Virus record (IMG/VR): IMGVR_UViG_3300021076_000041
DNA length: 36,488 nt
Direction: 5' to 3' (one strand)
Source: a virus
Shown: in pieces, positions 8,820 through 19,864 of the stretch
Numbering within the stretch: the stretch's first letter is position 1
How the letters are laid out: every line of letters starts with the position of its first letter
Notes under the pieces: model-generated
Databases searched by the model: none
What the model saw: the letters and a program-made list of their open reading frames with translations, nothing else
What the model was told of the DNA's origin: nothing
Program-made: the position numbers and the translations under genes

Positions 8820-9408
8820 ATGAAAATCGTCGAATTACTAAGACCGAAAGTATTCAAGGATAATAGCCTATTGTCAAAGGAAGATGCTCTACGAGAATTG
8901 AGTTTGATCTCAAAGAGAATTAATCACTATTCCGACAAATTAAATTCGAAAGATCTCAAATCGAAAGAAAGAAGTTTCTATAAAAAGAATCTCGAAAAGG
9001 ATCTGAAAGCAGTAAAAGAACTAACAGAAAAACTCACCGAAAGTATTATGGTAGAATCAGTTCATAAGATTCCAATGTCTGACAGCGAACTTGAAGAATT
9101 GAAACATCGCCTTGACGGACCAATACCCGCAGAGATTGCTACTATCATATTAGATGATATCCTGATGTCAGATGAATTGACAGATGAATATCAGCAAGTA
9201 GCACAAAGAAATCCTAACCAAGATGTTCGACCAATCGTCATAAAATGGCTCGAGCTCAATATGCCATCTCAAATAAGCAAATTCACTCGGTGCTTCTGAT
9301 CCAGATCACTTGATTCACGGAATATTCTCGCCAATACACGGCTATCCTGTTCCAAACCCACGCAGTTCCACTACTGGCACACCAGGTAATGCTGTAGGCC
9401 GTTTTTAA
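8820..9408 (+). CDS. hypothetical protein; one frame break
   Basis: Track ORF 8820..9299. Skipping C 9288 (ACT C GGT) continues ..QISKFT|GASDPDHLIHGIFSPIHGYPVPNPRSSTTGTPGNAVGRF to TAA 9406-9408. Confidence 0.5.
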
Positions 9409-9440
9409 TTCAATATACAAAGTAAATTCACAATGATTAC

Positions 9441-9470
9441 TTGACATCCGCGTCAAGTATGTGTTATTAT
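9441..9470 (+). promoter_or_regulatory. sigma70-like promoter
   Basis: TTGACA (9441-9446), 18 nt spacer, TATTAT (9465-9470). The -35 lies in the short inverted repeat CTTGAC..GTCAAG. Confidence 0.5.
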
Positions 9471-9518
9471 ACAATACAAGCAATAGAGAATCACCCAATT
9501 TATCACAAGGAGAATAAT

Positions 9519-9761
9519 ATGAATTTGTCACCGGCAAATGTTGCAAGGCTAAGAGCATTAATGAGAGATGGAGCAACTGTCTTGCAAGAAGTTTCGGATT
9601 TAAGAGAAGGTCTGAAAGAAACTGTCAAAGCAGTGGCCGAAGAACTCGATGTCAAGCCAGCACAGATCAATAAGTTGATAAAGATCTGTTATGAAGGATC
9701 AATGGATGAAAAGAGAGAAGCGTTCGAAGAATTAGAAGAACTTTACAAGTCAAGTATCTAA
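9519..9761 (+). CDS. hypothetical protein (80 aa)
   Basis: RBS AAGGAGAA before ATG 9519 (the track ORF starts at 9441). MNLSPANVARLRALMRDGATVLQEVSDLREGLKETVKAVAEELDVKPAQINKLIK.. Confidence 0.5.
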   Translation: MNLSPANVARLRALMRDGATVLQEVSDLREGLKETVKAVAEELDVKPAQINKLIKICYEGSMDEKREAFEELEELYKSSI

Positions 9762-9782
9762 GGAGAAATATCATTTACATAG

Positions 9783-12726
9783 ATGCATACTATAATAAAA
9801 AAGGTCGGCGAAGCCGAAACGGTAAAGGTAGTTGAAAGAATCAATGGTCAAAGAATTTACAGAGAATTTCAGCCGGATCTTCATTTCTTCGTTAGTGACG
9901 CACGAGGTCAGCATAAGTCTATCTATGGTGACGCATTAAAGAAGATTATTCCAAAATCTATTGAAGAACGATTTAAGACAATTAAATCACTAAGTCATAA
10001 TGTCAAGGTGTGGGAGACAAATGTAAATCCAGTTTACCGTTGTCTCGAACAGAATTATCAAAATTCCGAACTACCTACACCACACGTAGCATTCTTCGAC
10101 ATAGAAACAAGCTTCGATAAAGAGTTGGGGTGGAGCGGCGCCAGTGAAGCAAACAATTTCATTACTGCCATATCAGTTCATTGTCAATGGAAGGATGAGA
10201 TTATCTGTATATCGGTTCCACCCGAAACTATCACAGCCGAAGAAGCGCAAAGTATTGCTGATGAGGTTGGTAATACTATCATTTGTAAGACTGAATTAGA
10301 AATGCTTCAGCTGTTCATAGAGATCATCGAGGATGCTGATATATTAAGTGGGTGGAATTCAGGATGTTATGATATTCCATATCTTATCAACAGAATGAAG
10401 AAAGTCTTAGGTCGCCACGAAGTAAGAAAATTATGTTTGTGGAATCTCGAACCACACGCTCGAATGATTGATCGTGGCGGTAAAGAAGTTCCTACCTATG
10501 ACTTGATAGGTCGAGTTCATATGGACTATATGGAATTATATAAGAAATATAACTATGAGGAACGACATAGTTATGCATTGAACGCCATTGCTGAACTTGA
10601 AGTCGGCGATACGAAGATTCCATACGAAGGCACACTTGATGAGTTATTCAACTGTGACTATAAGAAATTCCTTCAATACAACATTCAAGATACATTGCTG
10701 CTTGATAAGATAGATAAGAAACTACAGTTCATTGATTTGGCAAGTTCCATTGCTCACTCCAATTGTGTCACATTGATGGCTACTGCTGGTGCAGTTGCTG
10801 TGACTGATCAGGCAATTATGATCGAAGCACACAACAGGAATATGATTGTGATGGATAGGTCACAGTTCAGTAATGGAGAAACTCGTGCTGCAGGTGGATG
10901 GGTTGCGACACCGAAGATAGGCTTCCATAGATGGATCGGAACAACAGATATGAAATCACTGTATCCATCTGTGATTCGCGCTTTCAATATGAGCCCCGAG
11001 ACCATTGTAGGCCAAATCAGATTAGACCGAACAAACAAGGCTTTACTGGAATGGGAATCTAAAGGCGGAACTAACGATTTTGCTCATTGGTGGAATGACC
11101 GATTTAATGTTCTTGAAATGGAATATTTTTACGATAATGACATAAGTGAAAAACTTATCTTAGATATGACAAATGGTGATGTATTTGAAGTTACTGGTGC
11201 CGAATTAAGAGATATTATTTTTGAAAGTGAACAAGGTTGGTGTATTAGTGCTAACGGAACTATCTTCAGAACTGACATTGAAGGTGTAATTCCGGGATTG
11301 TTATCAAGATGGTATAGTGAAAGAAAACAACTTCAGAAGATAATGGTAAATTATCAAGGTCTCGAAGATAATGAAAAGATAGAAGGTGTGTTAGTGCCTG
11401 AAGAATTATTCACTAACAAAGATATTTCTGATATCGAAGTCAAGGCTAATCCTTACAATGAGCACGAATCTTACAATCCATCTAAATTATCAAAACTTAT
11501 CTCAACAGGCATTAAGGAAGATATAGTTCAATATATGAATCAACACCATCTTCATATCAAAGATGGTAAGGCAATTCATAGAGATCAGAAAGAATTGAAG
11601 AAATATATTGGGTTTTGGGACAAAAAACAAGCCGTTAAAAAAATCTCGCTAAACAGTCTGTACCGGTGCTCTATTAAATTCAGGCTCCAGATATTTCGAT
11701 CAACGACTTGGTCAATCAGTCACCTTATCAGGCAGAACAATTACGAAACATATGGCAGCTCAAACGAATAAGTTCGTAACTGGCGAATATGACCATTATG
11801 GTGAATCAATGGTCTACGGCGACACAGATTCCTCTATCTTCTCCGTTTGGCCAATGGTAAAAGACGATGTCGAACAAGGGAATATTGCTTGGACAAAAGA
11901 AGACGTGATTGATTTGTATAACAATGTAGCCAAAGAAGTGTCGGCAACATTTCCAGATTTCTTAAATAAGAAACTAAATGTTCCAGAATCCAGGAGCACA
12001 GGTGTAATTGCCAGTTCCAGAGAAGTAGTGGCACAGGCCGGAATCTTTATCAAGAAGAAGAGATATGCTATGCTGATGTATGATAAAGATGGTATCCGAA
12101 AAGATGTAAATGGAAAGGCTGGTGCCGTCAAAGCAATGGGATTAGATTTGAAACGAGCAGACACACCAAAGTTCGTTCAAGAATTTCTATCCGAAATTCT
12201 GCTCGACACTTTAACTGACAAAGGTGAAGATTGTGTCATAAAGAAAATCAAAGAATTCAAAACTAAATTTGAAGATATGAAACCGTGGCAGCAAGGGTCA
12301 CCAAAGGCAGTGAACAAGTTGACATTCTATAAGAAGAAAGAAGAAGACTTCTATGCCAATAAATTTAATGGGATCAAATCCGGGTCCGCCACAATGCCAG
12401 GACACGTTCGAGCAAGCTTGAATTGGAACAAGATGTGTGAAACAAACCACGATCAACACTCAATGAGAATTATCGATGGTCAAAAAGTGATAGTCTGTAA
12501 ATTAAAGACAACAGTTGACAGTCTCTTAACCAGCATTGCCTATCCAGTGGACGAGAACCATTTACCGGATTGGTTTTTGGAATTACCATTTGATAGTGAT
12601 ATTATGATGGCTGCGGGTGTAGATCAGAAAGTGAAAAATTTGATTGGGTGTCTAAATTGGGATTTAGAAAGAACTAATAAGGAAAGAGACTATTTAGAAA
12701 CTTTGTTTGATTTCACGAAACGATAG
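9783..12726 (+). CDS. family-B DNA polymerase (T4 gp43-like), split by one frame break
   Basis: ExoI FFDIETS, ExoII GWNSGCYDIPYL, ExoIII YNIQDTLL, motif A TDMKSLYPS and motif C VYGDTDS are present. Motif B reads K(I)SLNSLY|GALLNSGSRYFDQRLGQSVTLSGR only if C 11664 (TAC C GGT) is skipped. Track ORFs 9783..11771 and 11752..12726 are the two parts. Confidence 0.92.
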
Positions 12727-12740
12727 TGGAATTTGGTAAA

Positions 12741-12769
12741 TTGACATACGTGTAAAAAACTGTTATACT
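12741..12769 (+). promoter_or_regulatory. sigma70-like promoter
   Basis: TTGACA (12741-12746), 17 nt spacer, TATACT (12764-12769). RBS AAAAGGAG precedes ATG 12802. Confidence 0.6.
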
Positions 12770-12801
12770 GTATGCTATAAACAATAAAAAGGAGCATCAC
12801 A

Positions 12802-13533
12802 ATGATTTTAGATAATTTCAAAGATATTCTCAAACATACACATAATCTCGGTTTTGATATGGTCAAGGTTCTTGGTTCAACCACCGAAACGAAGATTGAA
12901 TCTATGATTGATACTGATATTATTATGTATGGTTCATTGCATAATAATATCACTGGACTATCAGAAACAGTTGGACTTACCAGGCTGAACCTGTTGAAAG
13001 GTTATATTGACAACCCAGGTTATGCTGGTGCAGTAATCAAAATTCTAACACAGACGAATAAAGACAATGTCGAAAGTCCGTCAGGGTTGAAATTTGAAGG
13101 TATGACTGGAACTAATTCAGAATATCGATTTATGTCACAGAAGATGATTGATGAAAATCTTAGAGTTCCTCCTTTCAGAGGCGCTAATTGGAATGTAGTT
13201 ATTACACCAAACTTTACTAAGTTGGCTGAACTATACCATCTATCAAGCACCCACGGATCATATGAAAAATCATTCACTGTGTCAGTAAGTAAGAATACAT
13301 TGTATTTTAACATCGGTGGTGGTGTTGCTGACAATAGCAAGATTGTGGTTGCCGAGAATGTAAATGGAATGTTGGCTAGTCGTCAGTATCCACTTAGCCA
13401 TATACTTGGAGTTTTAAAGATTGGTCAAAGTTCGAAGAGCTGCGTAATGTCATTCTCCGATCAAGGTGCTGTTAAGATTGACATTGACAGCGGACTTGGA
13501 AAATATCAATATGTGATTCCTGAAACTCATTGA
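12802..13533 (+). CDS. possible sliding-clamp (gp45-like) protein
   Basis: 243 aa, immediately downstream of the polymerase. Size and position fit T4 gp45. There is no diagnostic motif, so this rests on context only. Confidence 0.3.
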   Translation: MILDNFKDILKHTHNLGFDMVKVLGSTTETKIESMIDTDIIMYGSLHNNITGLSETVGLTRLNLLKGYIDNPGYAGAVIKILTQTNKDNVESPSGLKFEGMTGTNSEYRFMSQKMIDENLRVPPFRGANWNVVITPNFTKLAELYHLSSTHGSYEKSFTVSVSKNTLYFNIGGGVADNSKIVVAENVNGMLASRQYPLSHILGVLKIGQSSKSCVMSFSDQGAVKIDIDSGLGKYQYVIPETH

Positions 13534-13545
13534 GATTATACGACA

Positions 13546-13953
13546 ATGGAACGCGACGAACTTGAGACATTTATTCGGTTGAAATATGATATGTCGACTA
13601 GGGATTATTGGGAATATTTCACAATGTTGCCGGCAGGAACTGATTCAAAGTGGGCTTGGAGATGTGCGTATAGTATCGAACATCTTAATGATAAGACACC
13701 CGGAACTCTAAATTTGATTGAGATGTCAAAGAAATTTAAGGGTAAGCATGACTACGCCGCCTCCGCTGAAGCCGGCGAATTACTAGACGATGCTTGGTTT
13801 GAATCTAATTGTCCAGTGGCATTATCTTTCTACTATGCTGCAACTGGTAGGTATAGCTCGGCACTGTCATATGCAGCCGACTTTGGAAAACAATCAATAA
13901 TGGATTTACTAATAGAAGAATTAATCGAATATGAGAGAAACAATGGCGAGTGA
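13546..13953 (+). CDS. hypothetical protein, N-terminal E-x-x-F-I-R-L-K-Y family
   Basis: MERDELETFIRLKYDMS.. at the N-terminus and ..IMDLLIEELIEYERNNGE at the C-terminus. Paralogous termini occur in 176..392 and 36402.. Confidence 0.5.
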   Translation: MERDELETFIRLKYDMSTRDYWEYFTMLPAGTDSKWAWRCAYSIEHLNDKTPGTLNLIEMSKKFKGKHDYAASAEAGELLDDAWFESNCPVALSFYYAATGRYSSALSYAADFGKQSIMDLLIEELIEYERNNGE

Positions 13954-15503
13954 TAAAGTGTATGGTGTGAATCTTTCAGAACGAACTGATCAACGGCGAC
14001 TACGCTCTGTATTTGCCTGCAATTAGCGGATTTTGTACTAATCAATTAAGTAAGATGAATAATGATCCAAATTTCGTGCCATCAAGCAGAATGCCAAAAG
14101 GATTCGAAAATGGTCACCAAGGACTAAATTTTTTAGATAGAGACAAAGGATATTACTATTATAAGTATGGTTTGTATTCAGCGGGACACGCCTATCTTAA
14201 TCTTGCCAAATCAGACACTGAAGAACAGATGATTCAGCAACGAGATAGAAGTGATACTTTGATTATCGGGGATTCCGGGGGATTTCAAATCGCTACCGGT
14301 GTGTTGAAAATTGACTGGACAACATTCAAAACCCCTGCCGGTGATAAAATGCGAGAGGATATTCTTCGTTGGTTAGAACATACTGCAGATTGGAGTATGA
14401 CGCTCGATGTTCCTGCTTTTGCGGCCGAAGGTAATCTTTCTGCCAAAACAGGATTGAAGAAATTTGAAGATACTTTAGATGTTTCACTTTACAATCTGGA
14501 TTATTTTGTTAAGAATAGGAAACCCGGAGCAACAAAGTTCCTTAATGTTCTATCAGGGTCTACTCTTGAGAATGGAATTACTTGGTATGATGCAGTGAAG
14601 CAATACAGTGATCCAAAATGGATGGTTGAGAATGGATTCGGCGAAGATCGAACATTAGAAGGGTGGGCATTTGCTGGTGTAAATAGAACAAGTATGGAAG
14701 CAGCCTTAACTCAAATTCTATTATTGAGACAAGATAATCTATTGAAAGATAAAGATTGGATTCACTTTTTGGGAATTGGAAGATTAGATTGGGGTTGTTA
14801 TCTTACAAGTATAATGAGACAACTGAATAAGCACGATAACCCAAGACTGAAGATTAGTTATGATGCAGCAAGTCCATTCGTTGCTACAGCATATGGATTG
14901 GCTTACAATTATAACTACTTCGATTCAAAGAGATTGACATATTCGATGGGTAAGGCAATTGATGAGAAATATTTCAAGGGTAGTCAATTAGCAATGCCAT
15001 TTCAAAGTCCTATTATGGATAGATTGAAAGTTGGTGATGTATGTGTCCTTGGTGACACAGACCCAAATAAGAATGGTAAGATCGGAAGAACAAGTTGGGA
15101 TACATATACCTATCTACTGTATATGATGCATAATACATACAATCATATTCAGGCTACCCAAGAAATAAATAGGTTGGCAGATATTGAGCATTTACGAAAG
15201 AATGTGAGTTATAAAGACTGGACTAAGACAAAGAAATCTGAGACAATTTGCTTCAGTGACTTTGTTCCAAATAAGATTCTATTCTTTGAAAGTTTCGTGA
15301 AAGATTTACTTGATCCAGCAAACACAGATCCGTTTGGAATGATAGATCATTATCGACCATTCTTGGAAACATTAGACATTGGTAAGATATCAAATCATTC
15401 TTACAAAGGATTGTTTGATTTTACTGAACAACTTCCAGATGAAGATAAACTGGCCGATATAAACGATGAGAAATTAGTAAAACTCGAAAGTGAATTCAAA
15501 TGA
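13943..15503 (+). CDS. dpdA: DpdA-like / tRNA-guanine-transglycosylase-superfamily protein; one frame break near the 5' end
   Basis: Carries LIIGDSGGFQIATG, the TGT-family catalytic DSGGFQ motif. ATG 13943 overlaps the upstream stop. MASDKVYGVNLSERTDQ|GDYALYLPAISGF.. is read when C 13994 (CAA C GGC) is skipped. The track ORF begins at 14013. Confidence 0.7.
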
Positions 15504-15934
15504 CAGCGAAATATCCAATCTTTAGTAAAGAACCGCCAAGTGATATGTTTCTTGAATCTTTAAACGGGCATCGTAGCGGCTCGCCACATATAGAATGCTA
15601 CTGCGGAAGAAATCACTATTGTCCAGATTCTCAAAGTTACAACGGCGAGGATGAATTTGAACTCGAAGCAAGGGAAGAGAAGAAACTGAATCCTGCTGGT
15701 GTTGTTCTTCACGAAGAATATGATGCAGTGATGGCAATAGATATGGGCGGTCCAGTCTATGTGATTGACTGTGAATGCAATAGCCTTCGTCGATATGAAG
15801 ACATATTTTGGAATTCGAAATCAATTATCCAATCATACTTCCCAAAGAGGGAAGCGTATGAGAAGGAAATGGCAGAACAACAACTGATTGTTGACAAACT
15901 CAAAGGCATTCGCCACGGCACTGAAGCATTTTAA
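15500..15934 (+). CDS. hypothetical Cys-rich protein
   Basis: ATGA overlap with dpdA. Contains HIECYCGRNHYCP and VIDCECNS, a possible metal-binding arrangement. Confidence 0.5.
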   Translation: MTAKYPIFSKEPPSDMFLESLNGHRSGSPHIECYCGRNHYCPDSQSYNGEDEFELEAREEKKLNPAGVVLHEEYDAVMAIDMGGPVYVIDCECNSLRRYEDIFWNSKSIIQSYFPKREAYEKEMAEQQLIVDKLKGIRHGTEAF

Positions 15935-15955
15935 TTTTAACTTTGAAAGAAAATC

Positions 15956-16282
15956 ATGGAAAAGAAATTATTCGTAGTTGATACAATTAGCACCTTTCGT
16001 CTACGTTATGTCATTGAAGCAGAAAACGTAGAAGACGCATATGATGAAGTGGCAATGATAGATTCCGATAACGCTGACAACTCGTTCGACGAACTCACTC
16101 AAAAGTTTCTTGGTGAAATGATTATTGATGGTAGAGAAATTACCAAGGCGCAATTTGATACTATGTTATTAGACCTGGAGAATGATAAAACTGAGACAAG
16201 TTCTCATTGGATGGGCGAATCAATGATTCGAAGAGTTGCGTATCCTGTTGAAGTAGAACAAGGACAGAATGATGAAGAATAG
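15956..16282 (+). CDS. hypothetical acidic protein
   Basis: ORF with an upstream AAGAAA; no family recognised. Confidence 0.45.
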   Translation: MEKKLFVVDTISTFRLRYVIEAENVEDAYDEVAMIDSDNADNSFDELTQKFLGEMIIDGREITKAQFDTMLLDLENDKTETSSHWMGESMIRRVAYPVEVEQGQNDEE

Positions 16283-16571
16283 CAAAATATTGAAGAAAGC
16301 GAAAAAATTAATTAAGTCCGGTGAAGAAAACTATATCTGTGATGCCATTCGCCGCGTTCCAGTCATTTCCACTTGCATTTACCAACGCATAGAGCTACGA
16401 ATGTGGGTTAGCAACTTACTCGGCCGCTGTGGAACCTATGAAGACTGGATTAGGGTTAACCATAGCAAATTATACCGTAAATGGAAACGAGAAGATTACA
16501 AACAAGGAAGACTCGCGTGGCTTGATTGGATGATAGAATACTGGGAAGCAAAGGAGAAGAAAAGTAAATGA
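16269..16571 (+). CDS. hypothetical protein
   Basis: ORF overlapping both neighbours (ATGA at 16568). Confidence 0.45.
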   Translation: MMKNSKILKKAKKLIKSGEENYICDAIRRVPVISTCIYQRIELRMWVSNLLGRCGTYEDWIRVNHSKLYRKWKREDYKQGRLAWLDWMIEYWEAKEKKSK

Positions 16572-17740
16572 GGAAATTATACTACTGTGGAATTGAAAAA
16601 CTTCAGGCAAGATACTCACTACAATTAGAAGACTGGAATACACGAGTCTTCAATCGCAGAAATATCAATTATGAAATTGTCTATGGCGAAGATTTGACCG
16701 GCGACCAAATTGTGACTGGCTCAGTGCTTGATGTGCATGGCCGAAGCTATTACAGCCTTACACAAATGGCAGCATTGGTAAAGTTGATGAAAGCGGGAAG
16801 TATTACTTCCGAGGATGTAATATTCTTCGAAGATTCCTATGTAATGGGGATGTCCTCATTGCCATATATATTTGACCAAATTGATCCAAAATACCGACCA
16901 CGAGTATTTGTAAGATGGCTCGCTAATTCCACCGACCCCGACGATTTCCTATTGAGGAATGGGTCATTGGCGTGGGCTCGACCATTTGAGCAAATGATTG
17001 ATAATTTTGTAGATGGTATTTTTGTAGCATCGGAAGAAATGGTTGCTCACTTGAGGATCTCAGGATTCAAATCACCAATCTATGTCACCGGTCTTCCATT
17101 CTGTAAAGATGAAGTATTAGAAAGAGTGCCAGTTGTAAAGCCTATCAAAGAAAGAAGACGTCGAGTAGTCTTTGGTTCAAGATTTGACGATGAAAAGAAT
17201 CCGAACTTCTATATGGACTTGGCAGAGCATTATTTTAAGATTGACCCATCGACTGAATTTGCTGTTCTGTGCGGACATCCTACATTGAAGAGTAATAATC
17301 CAGAATTAGTAAAAAGAGCAGATAGATTACAGAGGAGCATGGTTAACTTCAAAGTCTATACTGGATTGAAGAAGAATGATTATTACAATCTGGCGGCTGA
17401 TAGTTGGGTAAATTTTAACTGTGCGCTTCAAGATTGGCAAAGTAATCAACCCGGTGAATTAGGCGCTCTTGGAACATTGCTACTCTATCCGGCATATCGA
17501 TCCTTTCCTGAGACTTTTGGAAATAGAGACGAGTTCCTATATATTCCGTGGAGTCTTGATGATGCTATGTCAAAATTACAGAAGATGTTTCTACATCCGG
17601 AAAATTATGATGTAAAGCCGATTGTAGAATGGATAGATGGCGCCATTGATAGAATGTTAGATATTCTTGAAGGCAACGGGGAACAATGGGGAAGAAATGA
17701 ACTCGACTATAGAAAATATGTCACGATTGCCAAATACTAA
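16568..17740 (+). CDS. putative glycosyltransferase (GT-B-like)
   Basis: 390 aa. RRRVVFGSRFDDEKNPNFYMDL resembles the start of the GT4 C-terminal domain, and ..QPGELGALGTLLLYP resembles an ExxGxxxxEAxAxGxP-like segment. Weak, motif-level only. Confidence 0.35.
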   Translation: MRKLYYCGIEKLQARYSLQLEDWNTRVFNRRNINYEIVYGEDLTGDQIVTGSVLDVHGRSYYSLTQMAALVKLMKAGSITSEDVIFFEDSYVMGMSSLPYIFDQIDPKYRPRVFVRWLANSTDPDDFLLRNGSLAWARPFEQMIDNFVDGIFVASEEMVAHLRISGFKSPIYVTGLPFCKDEVLERVPVVKPIKERRRRVVFGSRFDDEKNPNFYMDLAEHYFKIDPSTEFAVLCGHPTLKSNNPELVKRADRLQRSMVNFKVYTGLKKNDYYNLAADSWVNFNCALQDWQSNQPGELGALGTLLLYPAYRSFPETFGNRDEFLYIPWSLDDAMSKLQKMFLHPENYDVKPIVEWIDGAIDRMLDILEGNGEQWGRNELDYRKYVTIAKY

Positions 17741-17920
17741 TTGGTTGAAAATCCAATATCCGTATTCTACGTATATGAGGAAGTGGACGAGCGACTAAAA
17801 GAAAGATGCAATGAGAAATTCGGAGACAATGGAAGATGGCAGTTTTGGGATTGTTTTTTCATCACTACTTTCTATTTCAAAGATGAAGACGATCTTATTG
17901 TATTCAAATTGATATTATGA
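17741..17920 (+). CDS. small protein, diverged member of the C-terminal ED-x-x-x-F-x-L family
   Basis: 59 codons, TTG 17741 directly after the upstream TAA. Ends ..ERLKERCNEKFGDNGRWQFWDCFFITTFYFKDEDDLIVFKLIL. TGA overlaps ATG 17917. Confidence 0.4.
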   Translation: MVENPISVFYVYEEVDERLKERCNEKFGDNGRWQFWDCFFITTFYFKDEDDLIVFKLIL

Positions 17921-18153
17921 AATTCGTTCTGAATAGAGCAATTGGTTTTCCATATCGATTTACCATAAAAAAATCAGAATTTAAAGGAATTTCTAAAAAA
18001 TGTCGAAGGCTATATGGTAGCCCAAAGAAAGACAGATGGAGAATTAATCAATTTTTATATTCTCAGTATCCTTTCTATCGAATTTATATCAAGGATAAGG
18101 AAGATGCTATGATCTTCATCCTAGCAACAGGAATAGCACCAACACAACTATAA
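17917..18153 (+). CDS. small protein, diverged family member
   Basis: ..FYRIYIKDKEDAMIFILATGIAPTQL at the C-terminus. Confidence 0.45.
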   Translation: MKFVLNRAIGFPYRFTIKKSEFKGISKKCRRLYGSPKKDRWRINQFLYSQYPFYRIYIKDKEDAMIFILATGIAPTQL

Positions 18154-18167
18154 CCAAGGAAACAACA

Positions 18168-18941
18168 ATGAGCAACTATCACGAACAACTAAAGACAGCA
18201 GTATATTTCATCGGTACTGAAATTGAAAGAACGCCGGCTTTTTCAAAGAAGACATTATTTGTAGTAGGATATCAACCACAGGATGAAATTCTTGCCACAG
18301 CTAAAGAGCATAAGATTACTCATATCTATCTTGGTGCTAATAGAAGTTTCACTTTGAATCACGATTGGAATCATCTGCTTACAAAGTTGCTTGATTCGAA
18401 GGGAATGACAGTCACTTTAGATTATCAGGCAAGTCATCATAAGCAATTGACTCAAGTATTGTCGAGAGGTGTATGGCAATGCCGATCATTTATACCATTA
18501 ATAACAGTTGACATCACAAGCATAAATACATTGAATCAAAACTTGACAGTTAAGATTGATGATCCTGAAAAGAAGAATGATGGTGTTTGGTGCTGGAATC
18601 AGCACGAAATAATGGATTCGAACAAATTTACCGGGTGGAATGAATACGAAGACGATGAATTTATTCAACCGACAAAGGTAGTAGCAGTTCCGCAACCAAG
18701 AGCACGAATTGCCGAAAGAGCAATAACTCAACTTAACAAATCTGAAACGGCACCATTGCCAGTAAATCCAAGCAAAGAAAATATCGCCGATTACTATTCC
18801 GGCGAATTGAAGACAACTTCGGGGTCGATTGGGTCTGATGAAGAAACTCAAAAGGAACCGGAATTGGTATCACAACGCACAGTTAGGAAAGAGAAAGAAG
18901 AATCCGCTAGACATAGAACTTTGAAGAAAGATACAGAATGA
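18168..18941 (+). CDS. hypothetical protein
   Basis: 257-aa ORF with RBS AAGGAAAC; no family recognised. Confidence 0.5.
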   Translation: MSNYHEQLKTAVYFIGTEIERTPAFSKKTLFVVGYQPQDEILATAKEHKITHIYLGANRSFTLNHDWNHLLTKLLDSKGMTVTLDYQASHHKQLTQVLSRGVWQCRSFIPLITVDITSINTLNQNLTVKIDDPEKKNDGVWCWNQHEIMDSNKFTGWNEYEDDEFIQPTKVVAVPQPRARIAERAITQLNKSETAPLPVNPSKENIADYYSGELKTTSGSIGSDEETQKEPELVSQRTVRKEKEESARHRTLKKDTE

Positions 18942-19162
18942 GATTTAAAATCGAATCGTATGAGGAGCAACTCAAGAGAAGTTTTGAAATTAAATCCCAG
19001 TGGCATTCTTGGTTTGCTTGGAGGCCAATAGTTCTAAACATTGAATGTCCTACTTGTGAGATAGTTTGGCTAGAAAGAGTAGCAAGAAAATACGAGTATG
19101 ATACGTGGATATATTCTGATATAGATGACGCATTGGTAGAAATTCTAAAAGGTGAAAAATGA
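18938..19162 (+). CDS. small hypothetical protein (C-terminus DIDDALVEILKG)
   Basis: ATGA overlaps on both sides. CPTC motif. The C-terminus loosely resembles the small-protein family. Confidence 0.45.
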   Translation: MRFKIESYEEQLKRSFEIKSQWHSWFAWRPIVLNIECPTCEIVWLERVARKYEYDTWIYSDIDDALVEILKGEK

Positions 19163-19594
19163 AACGAACATTTGTATATACTACATTTCAAAAAGAAGGC
19201 TATCACTGCTTCCCCGAAGCAGCCACGGATCCAAAATTCAAGACACGGTGATTATTTAGATGTATCACATCTCGGAACTCGTCACTTTCATTACTTTCAT
19301 TTTAAGGTATGGGTTGAAGTATCGCACTTGAATCGTGACATTGAGTTTATTCAGTTGAGAAGGTGGATCGAACAACAGTATGAAACTGGCGCCTTAGAAT
19401 TGAATAATCAGAGTTGTGAGATGTTGGCCGATGGTCTCGTAGACATACTCAAGGATAAGTACCCGGATCAGAAAATCAAAGTTGACGTGTCTGAAGAAGG
19501 CATCAATGGTGCTATTGTAGAATATTCACCAGTAGATTTGTATGATGAAACACTGCGACAAGGTTTAGAAAGTCTAAGAACCATATCTAAATGA
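19159..19594 (+). CDS. queD: QueD / 6-pyruvoyl-tetrahydropterin-synthase-like protein; one frame break
   Basis: MKRTFVYTTFQKEGYHCFPEAATDPKFKT|GDYLDVSHLGTRHFHYFHFKVWVEVSHLNRDIEFIQLRRWIE.. The pattern F..a.H..P, then H.H.F.v.v.v, then IDF..LK resembles QueD/PTPS. It needs C 19246 (ACA C GGT) skipped. The track ORF begins at 19172. Confidence 0.5.
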
Positions 19595-19863
19595 CTACAG
19601 CCAAGAAATTAATGCCACCCGGAATAAAAGAAGTCATTAGAATTCAATGTAGTAAAGATGGGTGGATTAAAATTTTAGATGGTAATAAATGGATTTGCGA
19701 ATCCGGGATATCATCTGCAACCTTTTATAGATGTCATAAAGACAAGATAAATGATGACTGGGAAATTGTTGATATCAGTGGCTTGACCGAGACCTTCAGT
19801 TGCTTCTTTGGATTCTTTGATATAGATGACGCACTAATTTTTAAGATTAAATTTGGAGATTGA
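19591..19863 (+). CDS. small protein, diverged family member
   Basis: C-terminus ..FFGFFDIDDALIFKIKFGD. Confidence 0.45.
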   Translation: MTTAKKLMPPGIKEVIRIQCSKDGWIKILDGNKWICESGISSATFYRCHKDKINDDWEIVDISGLTETFSCFFGFFDIDDALIFKIKFGD

Positions 19864-19864
19864 A

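Noticed and set aside
11650-11775. An intein, intron or homing-endonuclease insertion might be splitting the DNA polymerase.
   Set aside because: The two halves abut with no intervening sequence. Motif B is restored by removing a single nucleotide.
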